A DNA stretch of 46,332 nt from Nitrospirales bacterium (GCA_012965905.1 DTRN01000181.1:2846-49177), one strand, 5' to 3'; positions 1 through 9,358 are shown, counted from the first letter of the stretch. Translations and numbers: made by a program. Notes: a model not told the origin generated them from the sequence alone.

Positions 1-1407
1 GCGGAAGGGTCAATGGCCGCGGCCTTCATTCCGGTGTTTAGCGAATATCTTAAAAAACAGGCCCATCAGGATGCCAAGGACCTTGCCAACGTGGCATTTA
101 CAACCCTCCTGCTTCTTCTAAGCGTAGTTTCCATTCTTGGGGTGCTTGGCGCCCCCATCATTGTATCCGTACTCGCCATGGGGTTCGCTGACGACCCTGA
201 GAAACAAGCGCTCACTATTCAACTTACCCGGATGATGTTTCCGTACCTTATTTTTATCGGACTTTCCGCTCTTGCCATGGGCATCCTCAATAGTGTCCGC
301 AGTTTTGCCGCGCCGGCGTTTGCTCCGGTAATGTTTAACCTCACCATCATTGCCTGCGCCTTTCTAATAGCACCACGGCTCTCGAACCCAATTTACGGTA
401 TTGCAATCGGTGTCGTGTTAGGAGGGTGTGCTCAGTTTCTCATTCAGCTTCCTCATTTGCGACGAGCAAATTTTTCACTCTCGCTCAGATGGGATCTTTA
501 TCACCCGGGAGTGAAGCGGATTGGCGTACTCATCGTGCCCACCATATTTGGTTTGGGTATCACGCAGGCAAATCTGCTCCTTAATACTATTCTCGCCTCG
601 TTCCTTGCTGCGGGAAGCGTCACCTTTCTTTTTTACGGAATGCGCCTTATCCACTTTCCACTCGGACTCGTTGGCATTGCCTTGGCGACTGCCATCCTTC
701 CATCACTGAGTGCGCTGACGGCTGACGGCGCACACGATGAGTTAAACAAGCGTATTGAATTTGGCTTACGGCATGTGTTCTTTCTCATGATTCCGGCGAC
801 CGTTGGGCTCATCATGTTGCGAACACCACTGATCCATCTTTTTTTCGAGCACGGCGAGTTTACGGCCGAAGCTACCAGAGGAACAGCCATTGCGGTCGCG
901 TTTTATGCGATCGGGCTGTGGGCCTTTGGTGCTATTCGGATTGTCGTTTCAGCCTTTTACGCGATGAAAGATACACGCACGCCAGTTCGTGTCGCGATGC
1001 TTGCGCTGTTATGCAACATCGTTCTGTCCCTCTCGCTTATGGGCCCTCTGCAACATGGGGGATTGGCCTTGGCAACATCGATTGCCACGATGCTCAACGT
1101 CAGCATCCTTCTTGTTTTCCTGGTGAAGAAGATAGGACATTTAAATTGGCCGGCAATCGCACACTCACTCCTCCGGACAGCCGGCGCCAGCCTCGTTGTC
1201 GTCGTTATTTGCCGATGGGTCGCCATACACGACGTGTGGATTCAGAATGGGCTCTGGTCAACAAAAGCCTTGCTTCTTGGCACTGGAATACTATTTAGCA
1301 TTGCGGGATATTTGGGAATACATATGCTTATACGCTCTCCTGAGCTCGCTGCGATGAGGCATGCGTTTGCGCAGAAAGTGATTGAGCGCACCAATCATGG
1401 CCCTTGA
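1..1407 (+). CDS. murJ: Lipid II flippase MurJ/MviN, 5' end outside the window
   Basis: The frame is open from base 1 (AEGSMAAAFIPVFSEY...), so the ATG at 13 is internal. The protein is polytopic and hydrophobic, with the MurJ-like N-terminal block (S)AAFIPVFSE and a length and TM pattern typical of the MOP/MviN family. Confidence 0.85.
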   Translation, partial: AEGSMAAAFIPVFSEYLKKQAHQDAKDLANVAFTTLLLLLSVVSILGVLGAPIIVSVLAMGFADDPEKQALTIQLTRMMFPYLIFIGLSALAMGILNSVRSFAAPAFAPVMFNLTIIACAFLIAPRLSNPIYGIAIGVVLGGCAQFLIQLPHLRRANFSLSLRWDLYHPGVKRIGVLIVPTIFGLGITQANLLLNTILASFLAAGSVTFLFYGMRLIHFPLGLVGIALATAILPSLSALTADGAHDELNKRIEFGLRHVFFLMIPATVGLIMLRTPLIHLFFEHGEFTAEATRGTAIAVAFYAIGLWAFGAIRIVVSAFYAMKDTRTPVRVAMLALLCNIVLSLSLMGPLQHGGLALATSIATMLNVSILLVFLVKKIGHLNWPAIAHSLLRTAGASLVVVVICRWVAIHDVWIQNGLWSTKALLLGTGILFSIAGYLGIHMLIRSPELAAMRHAFAQKVIERTNHGP

Positions 1408-1733
1408 CTTTTTTTCACGATGACACGAACATTGCTGCCGTGACTCCAAAGCCAACACAAAACAACGAAAGCCTTGATGAGTCACTTGCAGTTAAAGTCC
1501 GAGAGTTTGCCAATCGCATGACGCTAAGTGGAGCGCGAAACCTTCACCCTTTAGTCATCCGCGCCGTTGAAAAACCGCTTATTACCCAAATCCTTACCGA
1601 AATGAAATGGAACCAGGTGCAAGCCGCGCATGTCCTCGGAATAAATCGTAATACCCTTCGAAAGAAAATTCGCGATCTGTGTATCTGCCGTCCAGGAGAC
1701 GCAGATCGAGAACCTCGCCGGAAGAGCCTCTAG
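1404..1733 (+). CDS. Fis-family helix-turn-helix DNA-binding protein
   Basis: The C-terminus WNQVQAAHVLGINRNTLRKKIRDL is a Fis/NtrC-type HTH. The TTG start overlaps the murJ stop (TTGA). The exact start is uncertain, with an in-frame GTG at 1440. Confidence 0.6.
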   Translation: MTFFHDDTNIAAVTPKPTQNNESLDESLAVKVREFANRMTLSGARNLHPLVIRAVEKPLITQILTEMKWNQVQAAHVLGINRNTLRKKIRDLCICRPGDADREPRRKSL

Positions 1734-1746
1734 CTTCCCCTTCCCC

Positions 1747-1775
1747 TTGACCAGTCAGAGCTAGGCTGATATATT
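1747..1775 (+). promoter_or_regulatory. Sigma70-like promoter upstream of tRNA-Val and the thrS operon
   Basis: TTGACC (1747-1752), a 17-nt spacer, then TATATT (1770-1775). It lies about 70 nt upstream of the tRNA 5' end. Confidence 0.45.
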
Positions 1776-1846
1776 TTCAGCCGTATTTATCGCTTTGATA
1801 TGACGACACACACTTCCAGCGGCTCTTCTCGACACCATCATGGTTT

Positions 1847-1921
1847 AGGCGCGTAGCTCAGGGGGAGAGCGCTACCTTGACACGGTAGAAGTCGGCGGTT
1901 CAAAACCGCCCGCGCCTACCA
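1847..1921 (+). tRNA. tRNA-Val, anticodon GAC, with encoded CCA
   Basis: A hand-folded 75-nt cloverleaf: acceptor AGGCGCG/CGCGCCT, D stem GCTC/GAGC, anticodon stem CTACC/GGTAG with loop TTGACAC, T stem GGCGG/CCGCC with loop TTCAAAA, discriminator A, then CCA. Confidence 0.93.
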
Positions 1922-1968
1922 TGGTCTCTTCCAGTACTCACCCGTCTCGTTTAAAATATAAGGCTAGG

Positions 1969-3906
1969 ATGATTGAGGTCACGTATCCGGATAAATCTCG
2001 GCGCTCATACGAATCTGGGATTACTGCGTTCGCAGCACTGGAGGATTACCCTCTCCCGAATAACCGTACGTTGTTGGCCGCAGAGGTTGATGGTGTTGCG
2101 GTTGACCTCTCGACCGTCTTGACGTCAGATATCTCAATCAATCCCCTCACCTTCGATGCGGACATTGGAAAAGAAGTCTATTGGCATACCAGTGCGCATA
2201 TCCTCGCTCAAGCGGTCAAAACCGTCTTCCCAACGGCAAAATTGGCCATTGGCCCCCCGATTGACGCCGGATTCTACTACGATTTCGGGTTTGAACGAGC
2301 GTTTACGCCTGAGGATCTTGACCGGATCGAAGGCGAAGTGCATTCAATCATGAAAGCAGATTATCCACTCCAACGGATGGAATCCTCCCAAAAGGACGCG
2401 ATCCCGTTTTTCCAGGACAGGGATGAGTCCTATAAAGTAGAAATTATCGAAAGCATATCTGATCCATCGGTATCCATGTATCGACAAGGGGATTTCATCG
2501 ATCTCTGCCGCGGGCCACATGTGCCTTCAACGGGACGGATAGGGGCCTTTAAGGTGTTATCCGGCGCAGGAGCCTATTGGCGTGGGGACGAGCATAATCC
2601 CATGCTCCAACGCATATACGGGATATCCTTTCCGACACAGGAAGAACTCGATCAACACCTCCATCTGCTCGAGGAAGCCAAGCGTCGAGACCATAGAAAG
2701 CTTGGAAAAGAGCTTGAACTGTTTTCAGTCAGTGATGAGACAGGTCCAGGACTCATTTTGTGGCACCCCAAGGGTGCGATGGTCAGGCATCTGATTGAGA
2801 CGTTTTGGCGGGAACAGCACCTTGAACGAGGGTACGAGCTTGTCTATTCACCGCATATTGCCCGGCTCGATCTCTGGAAGCAGAGCGGACATCTTGATTT
2901 CTACCAGGAGAACATGTTTGCGTCGATGCCGGTTGAGGGCAATGCCTACCAGCTGAAACCAATGAACTGTCCCTTTCATATTATCATCTACAAATCGCGT
3001 TTACGGAGTTATCGCGATCTTCCCCTGCGCTGGGCCGAGCTCGGCACCGTCTATCGTCATGAACGTTCCGGAGTCCTTCATGGTTTATTGCGTGTTCGCG
3101 GGTTTACGCAAGATGATGCACATATTTTCTGTCGACCCGACCAATTGGCCGATGAAGTGGTCGGCATCATTGAGTTTACCTTTGCGACATTACGGCGTTT
3201 TGGTTTTGAGCACTTTGAAACGTTTCTCTCAACCCGTCCCGAACACGCGGTAGGCTCAGATGAGGATTGGCAGCATGCCACAGACTCGCTTGAATCTGCG
3301 TTGCAGCGTCTTGATGTACCCTATACGACCGATCCAGGGGAAGGAGTCTTTTACGGACCAAAGATCGATATCAAGATTCGTGATGTTCTGGGACGCGCGT
3401 GGCAATGCTCGACCATCCAATTAGACTTTAACCTTCCACAGCGTTTTGGATTGGCCTTTACCGGCCCCGATGGAAAACCACATCAACCGATTATGATTCA
3501 TCGAGCGATCTTCGGCTCAATTGAGCGTTTTATGGGCATTCTCATTGAACATTTTGCTGGTGCCTTTCCGACTTGGCTGGCTCCAGTTCAGGTCAAGGTC
3601 TTAACGCTCGGCGAAACCCAGTCCTCCTATGCGAGCGATCTCGTCGTGCAATTAAAGCAACAGGGCTTCCGTGCAGAAGCGGATCTGCGATCCGAAAAGA
3701 TGAACCTAAAGATCCGTGAGGCTGAAACGGCAAAAGTCCCATATATGCTGGTCGTTGGTGATCGGGAAGTGACAGCAGGCACGGTATCAATTCGAAAACG
3801 AAAAGATGGTCCGGCGGGCACAATGACGCGCGCCGCATTTATTGAGATGTTAGCTGCCGAGATGTCGGAACATGTTTCCACATCCCTGGCACCGACTCCC
3901 TCATGA
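1969..3906 (+). CDS. thrS: Threonine--tRNA ligase
   Basis: Shows TGS, editing and class II catalytic features (HTSAHILAQAV, KPMNCPFHI, RVRGFTQDDAHIF). MIEVTYPDKS at 1969 matches the usual ThrS N-terminus. The ORF-track start at 1921 overlaps the tRNA CCA end. Confidence 0.92.
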   Translation: MIEVTYPDKSRRSYESGITAFAALEDYPLPNNRTLLAAEVDGVAVDLSTVLTSDISINPLTFDADIGKEVYWHTSAHILAQAVKTVFPTAKLAIGPPIDAGFYYDFGFERAFTPEDLDRIEGEVHSIMKADYPLQRMESSQKDAIPFFQDRDESYKVEIIESISDPSVSMYRQGDFIDLCRGPHVPSTGRIGAFKVLSGAGAYWRGDEHNPMLQRIYGISFPTQEELDQHLHLLEEAKRRDHRKLGKELELFSVSDETGPGLILWHPKGAMVRHLIETFWREQHLERGYELVYSPHIARLDLWKQSGHLDFYQENMFASMPVEGNAYQLKPMNCPFHIIIYKSRLRSYRDLPLRWAELGTVYRHERSGVLHGLLRVRGFTQDDAHIFCRPDQLADEVVGIIEFTFATLRRFGFEHFETFLSTRPEHAVGSDEDWQHATDSLESALQRLDVPYTTDPGEGVFYGPKIDIKIRDVLGRAWQCSTIQLDFNLPQRFGLAFTGPDGKPHQPIMIHRAIFGSIERFMGILIEHFAGAFPTWLAPVQVKVLTLGETQSSYASDLVVQLKQQGFRAEADLRSEKMNLKIREAETAKVPYMLVVGDREVTAGTVSIRKRKDGPAGTMTRAAFIEMLAAEMSEHVSTSLAPTPS

Positions 3907-3932
3907 GAAACATATAGCCAAGGAGGTGCCCT

Positions 3933-4442
3933 ATCGTTCAAAAGCTTCGTGTTAATCAACGCATCCGAACGGCTGAGGTTCGAGTCATAGGGTCGGACGG
4001 CGAGCAACTTGGTATTTTACCAACGCCCGATGCAATCCGACAGGCCCTCGAGGACGGATACGACCTGGTAGAAGTGGCGCCAATGGCTCAACCACCCGTC
4101 TGTCGGATTATGGATTACGGCAAGTATAAGTATGAGACCAATAAAAAAGAGCACGCGAACAGGTCTCATCAAAAGTCCACACAAGTCAAGGAAGCAAAAA
4201 TTAGGCTCCGAACCGGAATCCACGACTTGGAAACCAAGATCAAGCATATTAATTCATTCTTGGATCATGGGCACAAGACCAAGGTCATTCTGGTATTTCG
4301 AGGACGTGAAATGGAGCATGCAGCACGTGGAAGGGACCTCATGGAACTCGTGGTGCAAGGTATTGCCGATCATGGCCAAGTAGAACAGCCCCAACGCATT
4401 GAAGGTCGTTTCTTGGTCATGCTTCTTGCACCAAAATCATAA
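3933..4442 (+). CDS. infC: Translation initiation factor IF-3 with a non-AUG (ATC) start
   Basis: The frame opens after the TAG at 3915-3917 and reads IVQKLRVNQRIRTAEVRVIGSDGEQLGIL...YGKYKYE, which is the IF3 N-domain and begins before the first ATG (4074). AAGGAGG at 3920-3926 lies 6 nt upstream of ATC at 3933. Confidence 0.87.
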   Translation: MVQKLRVNQRIRTAEVRVIGSDGEQLGILPTPDAIRQALEDGYDLVEVAPMAQPPVCRIMDYGKYKYETNKKEHANRSHQKSTQVKEAKIRLRTGIHDLETKIKHINSFLDHGHKTKVILVFRGREMEHAARGRDLMELVVQGIADHGQVEQPQRIEGRFLVMLLAPKS

Positions 4443-4465
4443 TAAGCACAATAACGAGGGAAACT

Positions 4466-4669
4466 ATGGCTGGGCTAAAACTAAAAACTCATCGCGGCAC
4501 GGCGAAACGAATCAAAGTCACTGCCACGGGAAAATACATACGTCGAAGAGCAAAACTTCGGCACATTCTTACGACAAAATCACGAGATCAAAAACGCAAC
4601 CTCAAAGGACCGGCAAAAGTCGATGCGAGCGTCACCCGTATGATGGGTCGCTTGCTTCCTAATCAGTAA
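4466..4669 (+). CDS. rpmI: 50S ribosomal protein L35
   Basis: MAGLKLKTHRGTAKRIKVTATGK... is a typical L35 sequence. Its position between infC and rplT fits. Confidence 0.93.
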   Translation: MAGLKLKTHRGTAKRIKVTATGKYIRRRAKLRHILTTKSRDQKRNLKGPAKVDASVTRMMGRLLPNQ

Positions 4670-4716
4670 TTGTATGTCTCACAGATTCATTTCACGATGT
4701 TATAAGGAGTACGATC

Positions 4717-5085
4717 ATGCCTAGGGCAAAAGGGGGTCCCAAAACTCATCTTCGTCGGAAAAAGCGTCTGAAGCTAGCTAAAGGCTACTTCGGAGGTCGA
4801 AGCCGCCTATACCGTCAAGCGACTGAGGCTGTTGACCGAGCGTTACGATTTGCCTATCGCGGCCGTAAAAATAAGAAACGCGATTTCCGGCGCTTATGGA
4901 TTGCACGAATTAATGCGGCAACACGAGCGAATGGATTGACATATAGTGAATTTATCGCGCATCTCAAGCGGGCAAAGCTTGCGTTAAATCGTAAGGTTCT
5001 TGCCGACATGGCAATGAATGACACCGAAGCGTTTGCGCGAATGATCGAAACCATTAAGGCTACTCCCACACCCGTAGCAGCGTAA
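4717..5085 (+). CDS. rplT: 50S ribosomal protein L20
   Basis: MPRAKGGPKTHLRRKKRLKLAKGYFGGRSRLYR... is a typical L20 sequence. An AAGGAG RBS lies upstream. Confidence 0.95.
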   Translation: MPRAKGGPKTHLRRKKRLKLAKGYFGGRSRLYRQATEAVDRALRFAYRGRKNKKRDFRRLWIARINAATRANGLTYSEFIAHLKRAKLALNRKVLADMAMNDTEAFARMIETIKATPTPVAA

Positions 5086-5091
5086 TTTTTC

Positions 5092-6270
5092 GTGAAGCCG
5101 ATCCCCCTGATGGCGTTGTGTGGCGGGGGATTATGGTTTATCACTGCCCTATTCTTCTTCGTTGAGGTTCACGCCCAACCTGTACTGGAAGTTCGTCAGA
5201 CAATCCGCGAACTCGGTATCTCGATTGGCACCTTCCCCACCGGCACATTGAATGCTATCACCGATGTTCCCGGCGTTCGTGTCGGACATACGACCCTACG
5301 CAAAGGCCATGGTGCGTTAGTCCCAGGCCAAGGTCCCGTCCGGACCGGCGTCACCGTAGTGATCCCTCGCGACGATGTCTGGAATCATAAAGTGCCTGCA
5401 GGAAGTTTTGTGCTCAATGGCACGGGTGAAATGACGGGGCTTGCGTGGATTGAGGAGGCCGGGTTTCTTGAATACCCCATTGCCCTCACCAATACCTTAA
5501 ACGCCCCACTCGTCGGCAACGGCGTCATCAGCTGGATGCTCAAGCAATACCCCGCGATCGGTATTACCGACGACACATTGACTCCCGTCGTTGCTGAATG
5601 CGATGACAGCTATCTCAACGATAGCCAAGGACGCCACGTCACCGAACAGGATGTCGTGCACGCGTTAGAGAGCGCGAGTTCTGGAACCATTGCGCAGGGA
5701 TCTGTTGGTGCGGGCACTGGAATGAGAAGCTATGGCTTTAAAGGCGGGATTGGGACATCGTCACGTGTCTTGCCGGAAGCCGACGGTGGGCATGTCATCG
5801 GAGTGCTTGTCAACGCGAATCATGGACGACGAGAGCAACTCACCATTCTCGGTCATCCAATGGCACCCCATTTTTCCAAAGTCCAAGCCCCACTCCAGAC
5901 AACTGAAGGGTCAATCATTATTATTATTGGGACCAATGCTCCCTTAACCAGTCGACAACTCAAGCGCGTCGCCAAGCGAGCAACATTCGGATTAGCACGA
6001 ACCGGGACGATTGGTCGCCACGGCAGTGGAGACTTTATTCTCGCGTTCTCCACTGGAAACGTTATTCCACATTATCCAACTGCCCAAACCTACTCAATGA
6101 CGATCCTCTCTGATATTTATCTCAATCCCATTTTCGCTGCCGTCGTTGAGGCCACGGAAGAAGCGATTTTGAATGCTCTTACCATGGCAACAACTGTCGT
6201 CGGGCGTGATGGGCACCGTGTCGACGCTATTCCTTTGGAACCGCTTAAACGGCTGCTCATCCCCTACTAG
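5092..6270 (+). CDS. Secreted DmpA/BapA-type (peptidase family S58, P1 aminopeptidase) protein
   Basis: Has an N-terminal signal-like hydrophobic segment and DmpA-like blocks (ITDVPGVRVGHTT, GTGMRSYGFKGGIGTSS, IIIIGTNAPL). A GTG start lies 6 nt after the rplT stop. Confidence 0.7.
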   Translation: MKPIPLMALCGGGLWFITALFFFVEVHAQPVLEVRQTIRELGISIGTFPTGTLNAITDVPGVRVGHTTLRKGHGALVPGQGPVRTGVTVVIPRDDVWNHKVPAGSFVLNGTGEMTGLAWIEEAGFLEYPIALTNTLNAPLVGNGVISWMLKQYPAIGITDDTLTPVVAECDDSYLNDSQGRHVTEQDVVHALESASSGTIAQGSVGAGTGMRSYGFKGGIGTSSRVLPEADGGHVIGVLVNANHGRREQLTILGHPMAPHFSKVQAPLQTTEGSIIIIIGTNAPLTSRQLKRVAKRATFGLARTGTIGRHGSGDFILAFSTGNVIPHYPTAQTYSMTILSDIYLNPIFAAVVEATEEAILNALTMATTVVGRDGHRVDAIPLEPLKRLLIPY

Positions 6271-6278
6271 GACGTTGC

Positions 6279-6839
6279 TTATTCCGCGATCCGCACGGTC
6301 ATTTCGATACGATCGGTGGGTAAGTCGCGAGCATCCCTGTCTAGTGAAACAATCGTGTCAACGACATCCATCCCCTTCACTACTTTTCCAAACACAGTAT
6401 ATTTCCCATTGAGGAAGCTGGATTCAGCAACAACGATGTAGAATTGTGAGCCGGCACTGTCAGGATCTTGTGAGCGTGCCATTGAGAGAATGCCACGGCC
6501 GTGTGGACGATTATTGAATTCTGCCTTGAGGTTGTAACCAGGCCCACCTAACCCGTACGTGGAGGTATCGTCATCTTTGGTATTGGGGTCTCCCCCTTGG
6601 ATCATAAACCCTGGAATAATCCTATGAAAAATGGTTCCATCATAGAATCCTGATTTGGCTAGTTTTAGAAAGTTCTCGACGTGGTTTGGCGCCTTCTTGG
6701 GAAAGAATGTGAGTTCAATCGATCCAAACTTTGTATCTATGATCGCTCGTGGGACCTTTTCTCCTGCTTCGACCTGTAACACCGCGGCACTTGACAACAT
6801 GATTCCACTCACAAGTATTACCACAAGCCGAAACATCAT
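6279..6839 (-). CDS. Periplasmic cyclophilin-type peptidyl-prolyl cis-trans isomerase
   Basis: Shows cyclophilin motifs (FHRIIPGFMIQGGDP, GILSMARS..PDSAGSQFYI). The signal peptide MMFRLVVILVSGIMLSSAAV starts at 6839 and is preceded by AAGGAGG. The longer ORF to 6959 would overlap rnc. Confidence 0.85.
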   Translation of the reverse strand: MMFRLVVILVSGIMLSSAAVLQVEAGEKVPRAIIDTKFGSIELTFFPKKAPNHVENFLKLAKSGFYDGTIFHRIIPGFMIQGGDPNTKDDDTSTYGLGGPGYNLKAEFNNRPHGRGILSMARSQDPDSAGSQFYIVVAESSFLNGKYTVFGKVVKGMDVVDTIVSLDRDARDLPTDRIEMTVRIAE

Positions 6840-6861
6840 TACATACACCTCCTTATGCCGA

Positions 6862-7590
6862 TTACACTTTTGATTCCTGTAATCGAGCGAGTGCCTGTTT
6901 TGCTGCTTGCTGTTCAGCCTTTTTCTTCGTCCTTCCAGCCCCAGTTCCGTATCTCTCATCTTTCAGGTGAACCTCTACTTCAAATGTTCGATGGTGATCC
7001 GGGCCCGATGTGTGTCGGAGCTGATAGATAGGAAGGAGGCCATATCGCCGCTGGCAGAGTTCCTGAAGCTGACTTTTATCATCTACCTCATGCCCGTTCG
7101 AACTGAGGGGACTGAATTCTTCGCGGTAGATGTTCAAGACCAGTTGTCGTGCCGGTGACAAGCCTCCGTCTAGGTATACAGCCGCAATAAGCGCTTCAAG
7201 CGTATCAGCAAGCAGGGATGGTTTTTGACGTCCGTCATTCAACTCTTCCCCTCGTCCGAGAATAAGATAGGTGCCCAAGGCCAGATGCTTCGATAATTTC
7301 GAAAGGATGTCCTTGCTCACCAAACGTGCTTTCATTTGTGACAGGCTCCCCTCGTCGGCCTCTCGAAATCTGCTCATGAGATACTCACTGATCATGAGAT
7401 CCAAGACAGCATCCCCCAAGAATTCAAGCCGCTCGTTATGTGAACGGCTCCCCCGCTTTTCATTCAATGAGGATGAATGGGTGAGCACCTCGACGAGTAG
7501 GTCAATGCGATCAAACGAATAGCCGATTTTCGCCTGCAATTCAACCATTGCCTCGGAAACCTGCAGCGTCGAAAGCTGCTCAGGATTCAT
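6862..7590 (-). CDS. rnc: Ribonuclease III
   Basis: Carries the RNase III signature [12 protein letters not shown] and a C-terminal dsRBD. The start [10 protein letters not shown] at 7590 overlaps the fabF stop by 11 nt. The ORF-track extension to 7794 lies inside fabF. Confidence 0.88.
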   Translation of the reverse strand: MNPEQLSTLQVSEAMVELQAKIGYSFDRIDLLVEVLTHSSSLNEKRGSRSHNERLEFLGDAVLDLMISEYLMSRFREADEGSLSQMKARLVSKDILSKLSKHLALGTYLILGRGEELNDGRQKPSLLADTLEALIAAVYLDGGLSPARQLVLNIYREEFSPLSSNGHEVDDKSQLQELCQRRYGLLPIYQLRHTSGPDHHRTFEVEVHLKDERYGTGAGRTKKKAEQQAAKQALARLQESKV

Positions 7591-8857
7591 ATCGGCGAAA
7601 AACCAAGCACGCGTTTGTCCCTCCAAATCCAAATGAATTCGAGAGGATGGCATCGACCTGAGCCTTCCGAGCAATATTGGCAACATGATCGAGTGGATAC
7701 TCAGAGTCTGGTTTATCAAGATTAATTGTAGGAGGCAGAGTTCCTCTCTGCATTGCCAGGATACTAAAGGCAGCTTCGACGCCACCCGCAGCACCGAGAA
7801 GATGCCCAGTCATCGATTTCGTCGCACTCACGGGAATACGTGCAGCACTCTCACCGAATACACGAGTAATGGCCAGCGCCTCAAGTCTATCCGCCATAGT
7901 CGATGTCGCGTGAGCGTTGATATATCCTATATCTGATGGGGACAAACCAGCATCGTGGAGTGTCTGCTCCATACATCGGACCGCACCGTTCGCATCGCTC
8001 GGCGGCGCAGTGATATGGTAGGCGTCTGCCGTCATGCCATAGCCGACAAGTTCCGCATAAATTCTTGCACCGCGTGCGACAGCGTGTTCGAGCTCTTCAA
8101 GAAACAGGACGCCTCCCCCTTCGCCAATGACAAAACCATCTCGATCTTGATCGAAGGGCCGGCTTGCAGCTTCAGGAGCGTCATTCCGCTTGGAGAGGGC
8201 ACGGGCAGCTGCGAATCCAGCAAGCGTGAGGGGCGTGATCGCTGCCTCCGTGCCTCCAGCAATGATTGCGTCGGCTTCACCGCGCTGAATGATACGATAG
8301 GCATCGCCGATACTATGTGTCCCTGTTGCACAAGCGGTAACCGTTCCTGCGTTTGGACCACGTGCCCCGAGTATAATTGAGACAAAACCCGCGGCCATAT
8401 TCCCAATAACCATTGGGACAAAAAATGGCGTCACGCGGGAGGGGCCTTTTTCTTGAAGCGTCGTATGGGTCTGTTCAATGCCATTAATTCCACCAATGCC
8501 TGACCCTATGACCACGCCAATTCGATTTGCATTCTGTGACGAGATAGAAAACTGAGCATCATCCACAGCCATACGGCTCGCCGCAATCGCATATTGGATA
8601 AACGTATCCATTTTTTTAACATCTTTTTTATCCACGTAATCTGTGGGGACAAAATCTGGGATCTCCGCGGCGATCTGGGAGGGATAGTCTGTCGGATCGA
8701 ATCGCGTAATCCGTCGAACAGCGGATTCTCCCTTGCAGACAGCGCTCCAGGCTGCCTCAATCCCAATGCCAAGAGGAGTAACGAGCCCAATACCGGTAAC
8801 GACGACTCTTCGTTCGGGCTGACGCTTCCCCTGCCAGCCTTCGTGGGAAACATTCAT
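7580..8857 (-). CDS. fabF: 3-oxoacyl-ACP synthase II
   Basis: [14 protein letters not shown], the active-site context ACATG, and INAHATST / SFGFGGTNA are typical of KAS II. It sits immediately downstream of acpP. Confidence 0.93.
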   Translation of the reverse strand: MNVSHEGWQGKRQPERRVVVTGIGLVTPLGIGIEAAWSAVCKGESAVRRITRFDPTDYPSQIAAEIPDFVPTDYVDKKDVKKMDTFIQYAIAASRMAVDDAQFSISSQNANRIGVVIGSGIGGINGIEQTHTTLQEKGPSRVTPFFVPMVIGNMAAGFVSIILGARGPNAGTVTACATGTHSIGDAYRIIQRGEADAIIAGGTEAAITPLTLAGFAAARALSKRNDAPEAASRPFDQDRDGFVIGEGGGVLFLEELEHAVARGARIYAELVGYGMTADAYHITAPPSDANGAVRCMEQTLHDAGLSPSDIGYINAHATSTMADRLEALAITRVFGESAARIPVSATKSMTGHLLGAAGGVEAAFSILAMQRGTLPPTINLDKPDSEYPLDHVANIARKAQVDAILSNSFGFGGTNACLVFRRYES

Positions 8858-8934
8858 GGCATAGTCTCAGCTGTTCTTCTCAAGGCCACCATTGTGGACA
8901 CATCACGCGACCAGTGGTTCTGGGTGAGGGAACG

Positions 8935-8963
8935 ATTCTGTATTCCTCAAGCAGGATGGTCAA
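8935..8963 (-). promoter_or_regulatory. Possible internal promoter for fabF
   Basis: On the minus strand: TTGACC (8963-8958), a 17-nt spacer, then CAGAAT (8940-8935). It lies about 80 nt upstream of the fabF ATG. This is a pattern match only. Confidence 0.25.
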
Positions 8964-9007
8964 AAAGGCGCATCCAGCCCTATCCTAAACGATATCGAAG
9001 GGATGCC
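8962..9007 (-). terminator. Possible partial terminator or attenuator hairpin downstream of acpP
   Basis: The minus-strand RNA has GGCATCC...GGATGC(G)CC, an imperfect stem with a roughly 25-nt interior containing the CGATATCG palindrome, followed directly by TTTTT. The loop is larger than in a canonical intrinsic terminator. Confidence 0.25.
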
Positions 9008-9109
9008 CCAAGGCCGTTGGCGCCTAATCGCGTACAGGGTGCACGTGAGGACGGCAACAGCCCTAAAAGGCTAGACTGGGCGCAGACTGTTTCAATATTC
9101 TTCTAGGGA

Positions 9110-9358
9110 TTACAAGCGTTGCGAAATATAGTCCACCGCGGCCTGAACCGTAAGTATCTTTTCCGCGTCCTCATCCGGAATTTGGACATCAAATGTTTCC
9201 TCAAACGCCATAACTAACTCGACCGTATCAAGCGAGTCTGCGCCGAGATCATCGACAAATGAAGCTTCAGGAGTGACATCTCCTTCATCAACCCCCAGTC
9301 GCTCTACAATAATCTTGCGTACACGGCTACTCGTCTCAGCAGTCATATCAGGCGACAT
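9110..9358 (-). CDS. acpP: Acyl carrier protein
   Basis: Has the [18 protein letters not shown] phosphopantetheine attachment motif. AAGGAGG lies 9 nt upstream of the ATG. Confidence 0.95.
   Translation of the reverse strand: MSPDMTAETSSRVRKIIVERLGVDEGDVTPEASFVDDLGADSLDTVELVMAFEETFDVQIPDEDAEKILTVQAAVDYISQRL

Noticed and set aside
1921-1968. Longer thrS ORF starting at the ATG at 1921
   Set aside because: The first base of that ATG is the terminal A of the tRNA-Val CCA end. The added 16 residues have no ThrS homology, and MIEVTYPD at 1969 matches the usual ThrS N-terminus.
3627-4007. 126-aa minus-strand ORF spanning the thrS 3' end and the infC 5' end
   Set aside because: It is antisense to two strongly supported genes and has no motifs.
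6840-7794. N-terminally extended versions of the PPIase (to 6959) and rnc (to 7794); similarly fabG (to 10225), ssb (to 15451), cmk (from 33765), rpsA (from 34447) and metK (from 26592)
   Set aside because: Each extension overlaps the well-supported upstream gene and adds non-homologous residues. Internal starts with an RBS or stop/start overlaps reproduce the expected N-termini.
8594-9106. 170-aa + strand ORF covering the acpP-fabF spacer
   Set aside because: Half of it is antisense to fabF. The spacer part is Arg-rich with no ATG or RBS inside the gap. A minus-strand structural RNA or regulatory element explains the region better.
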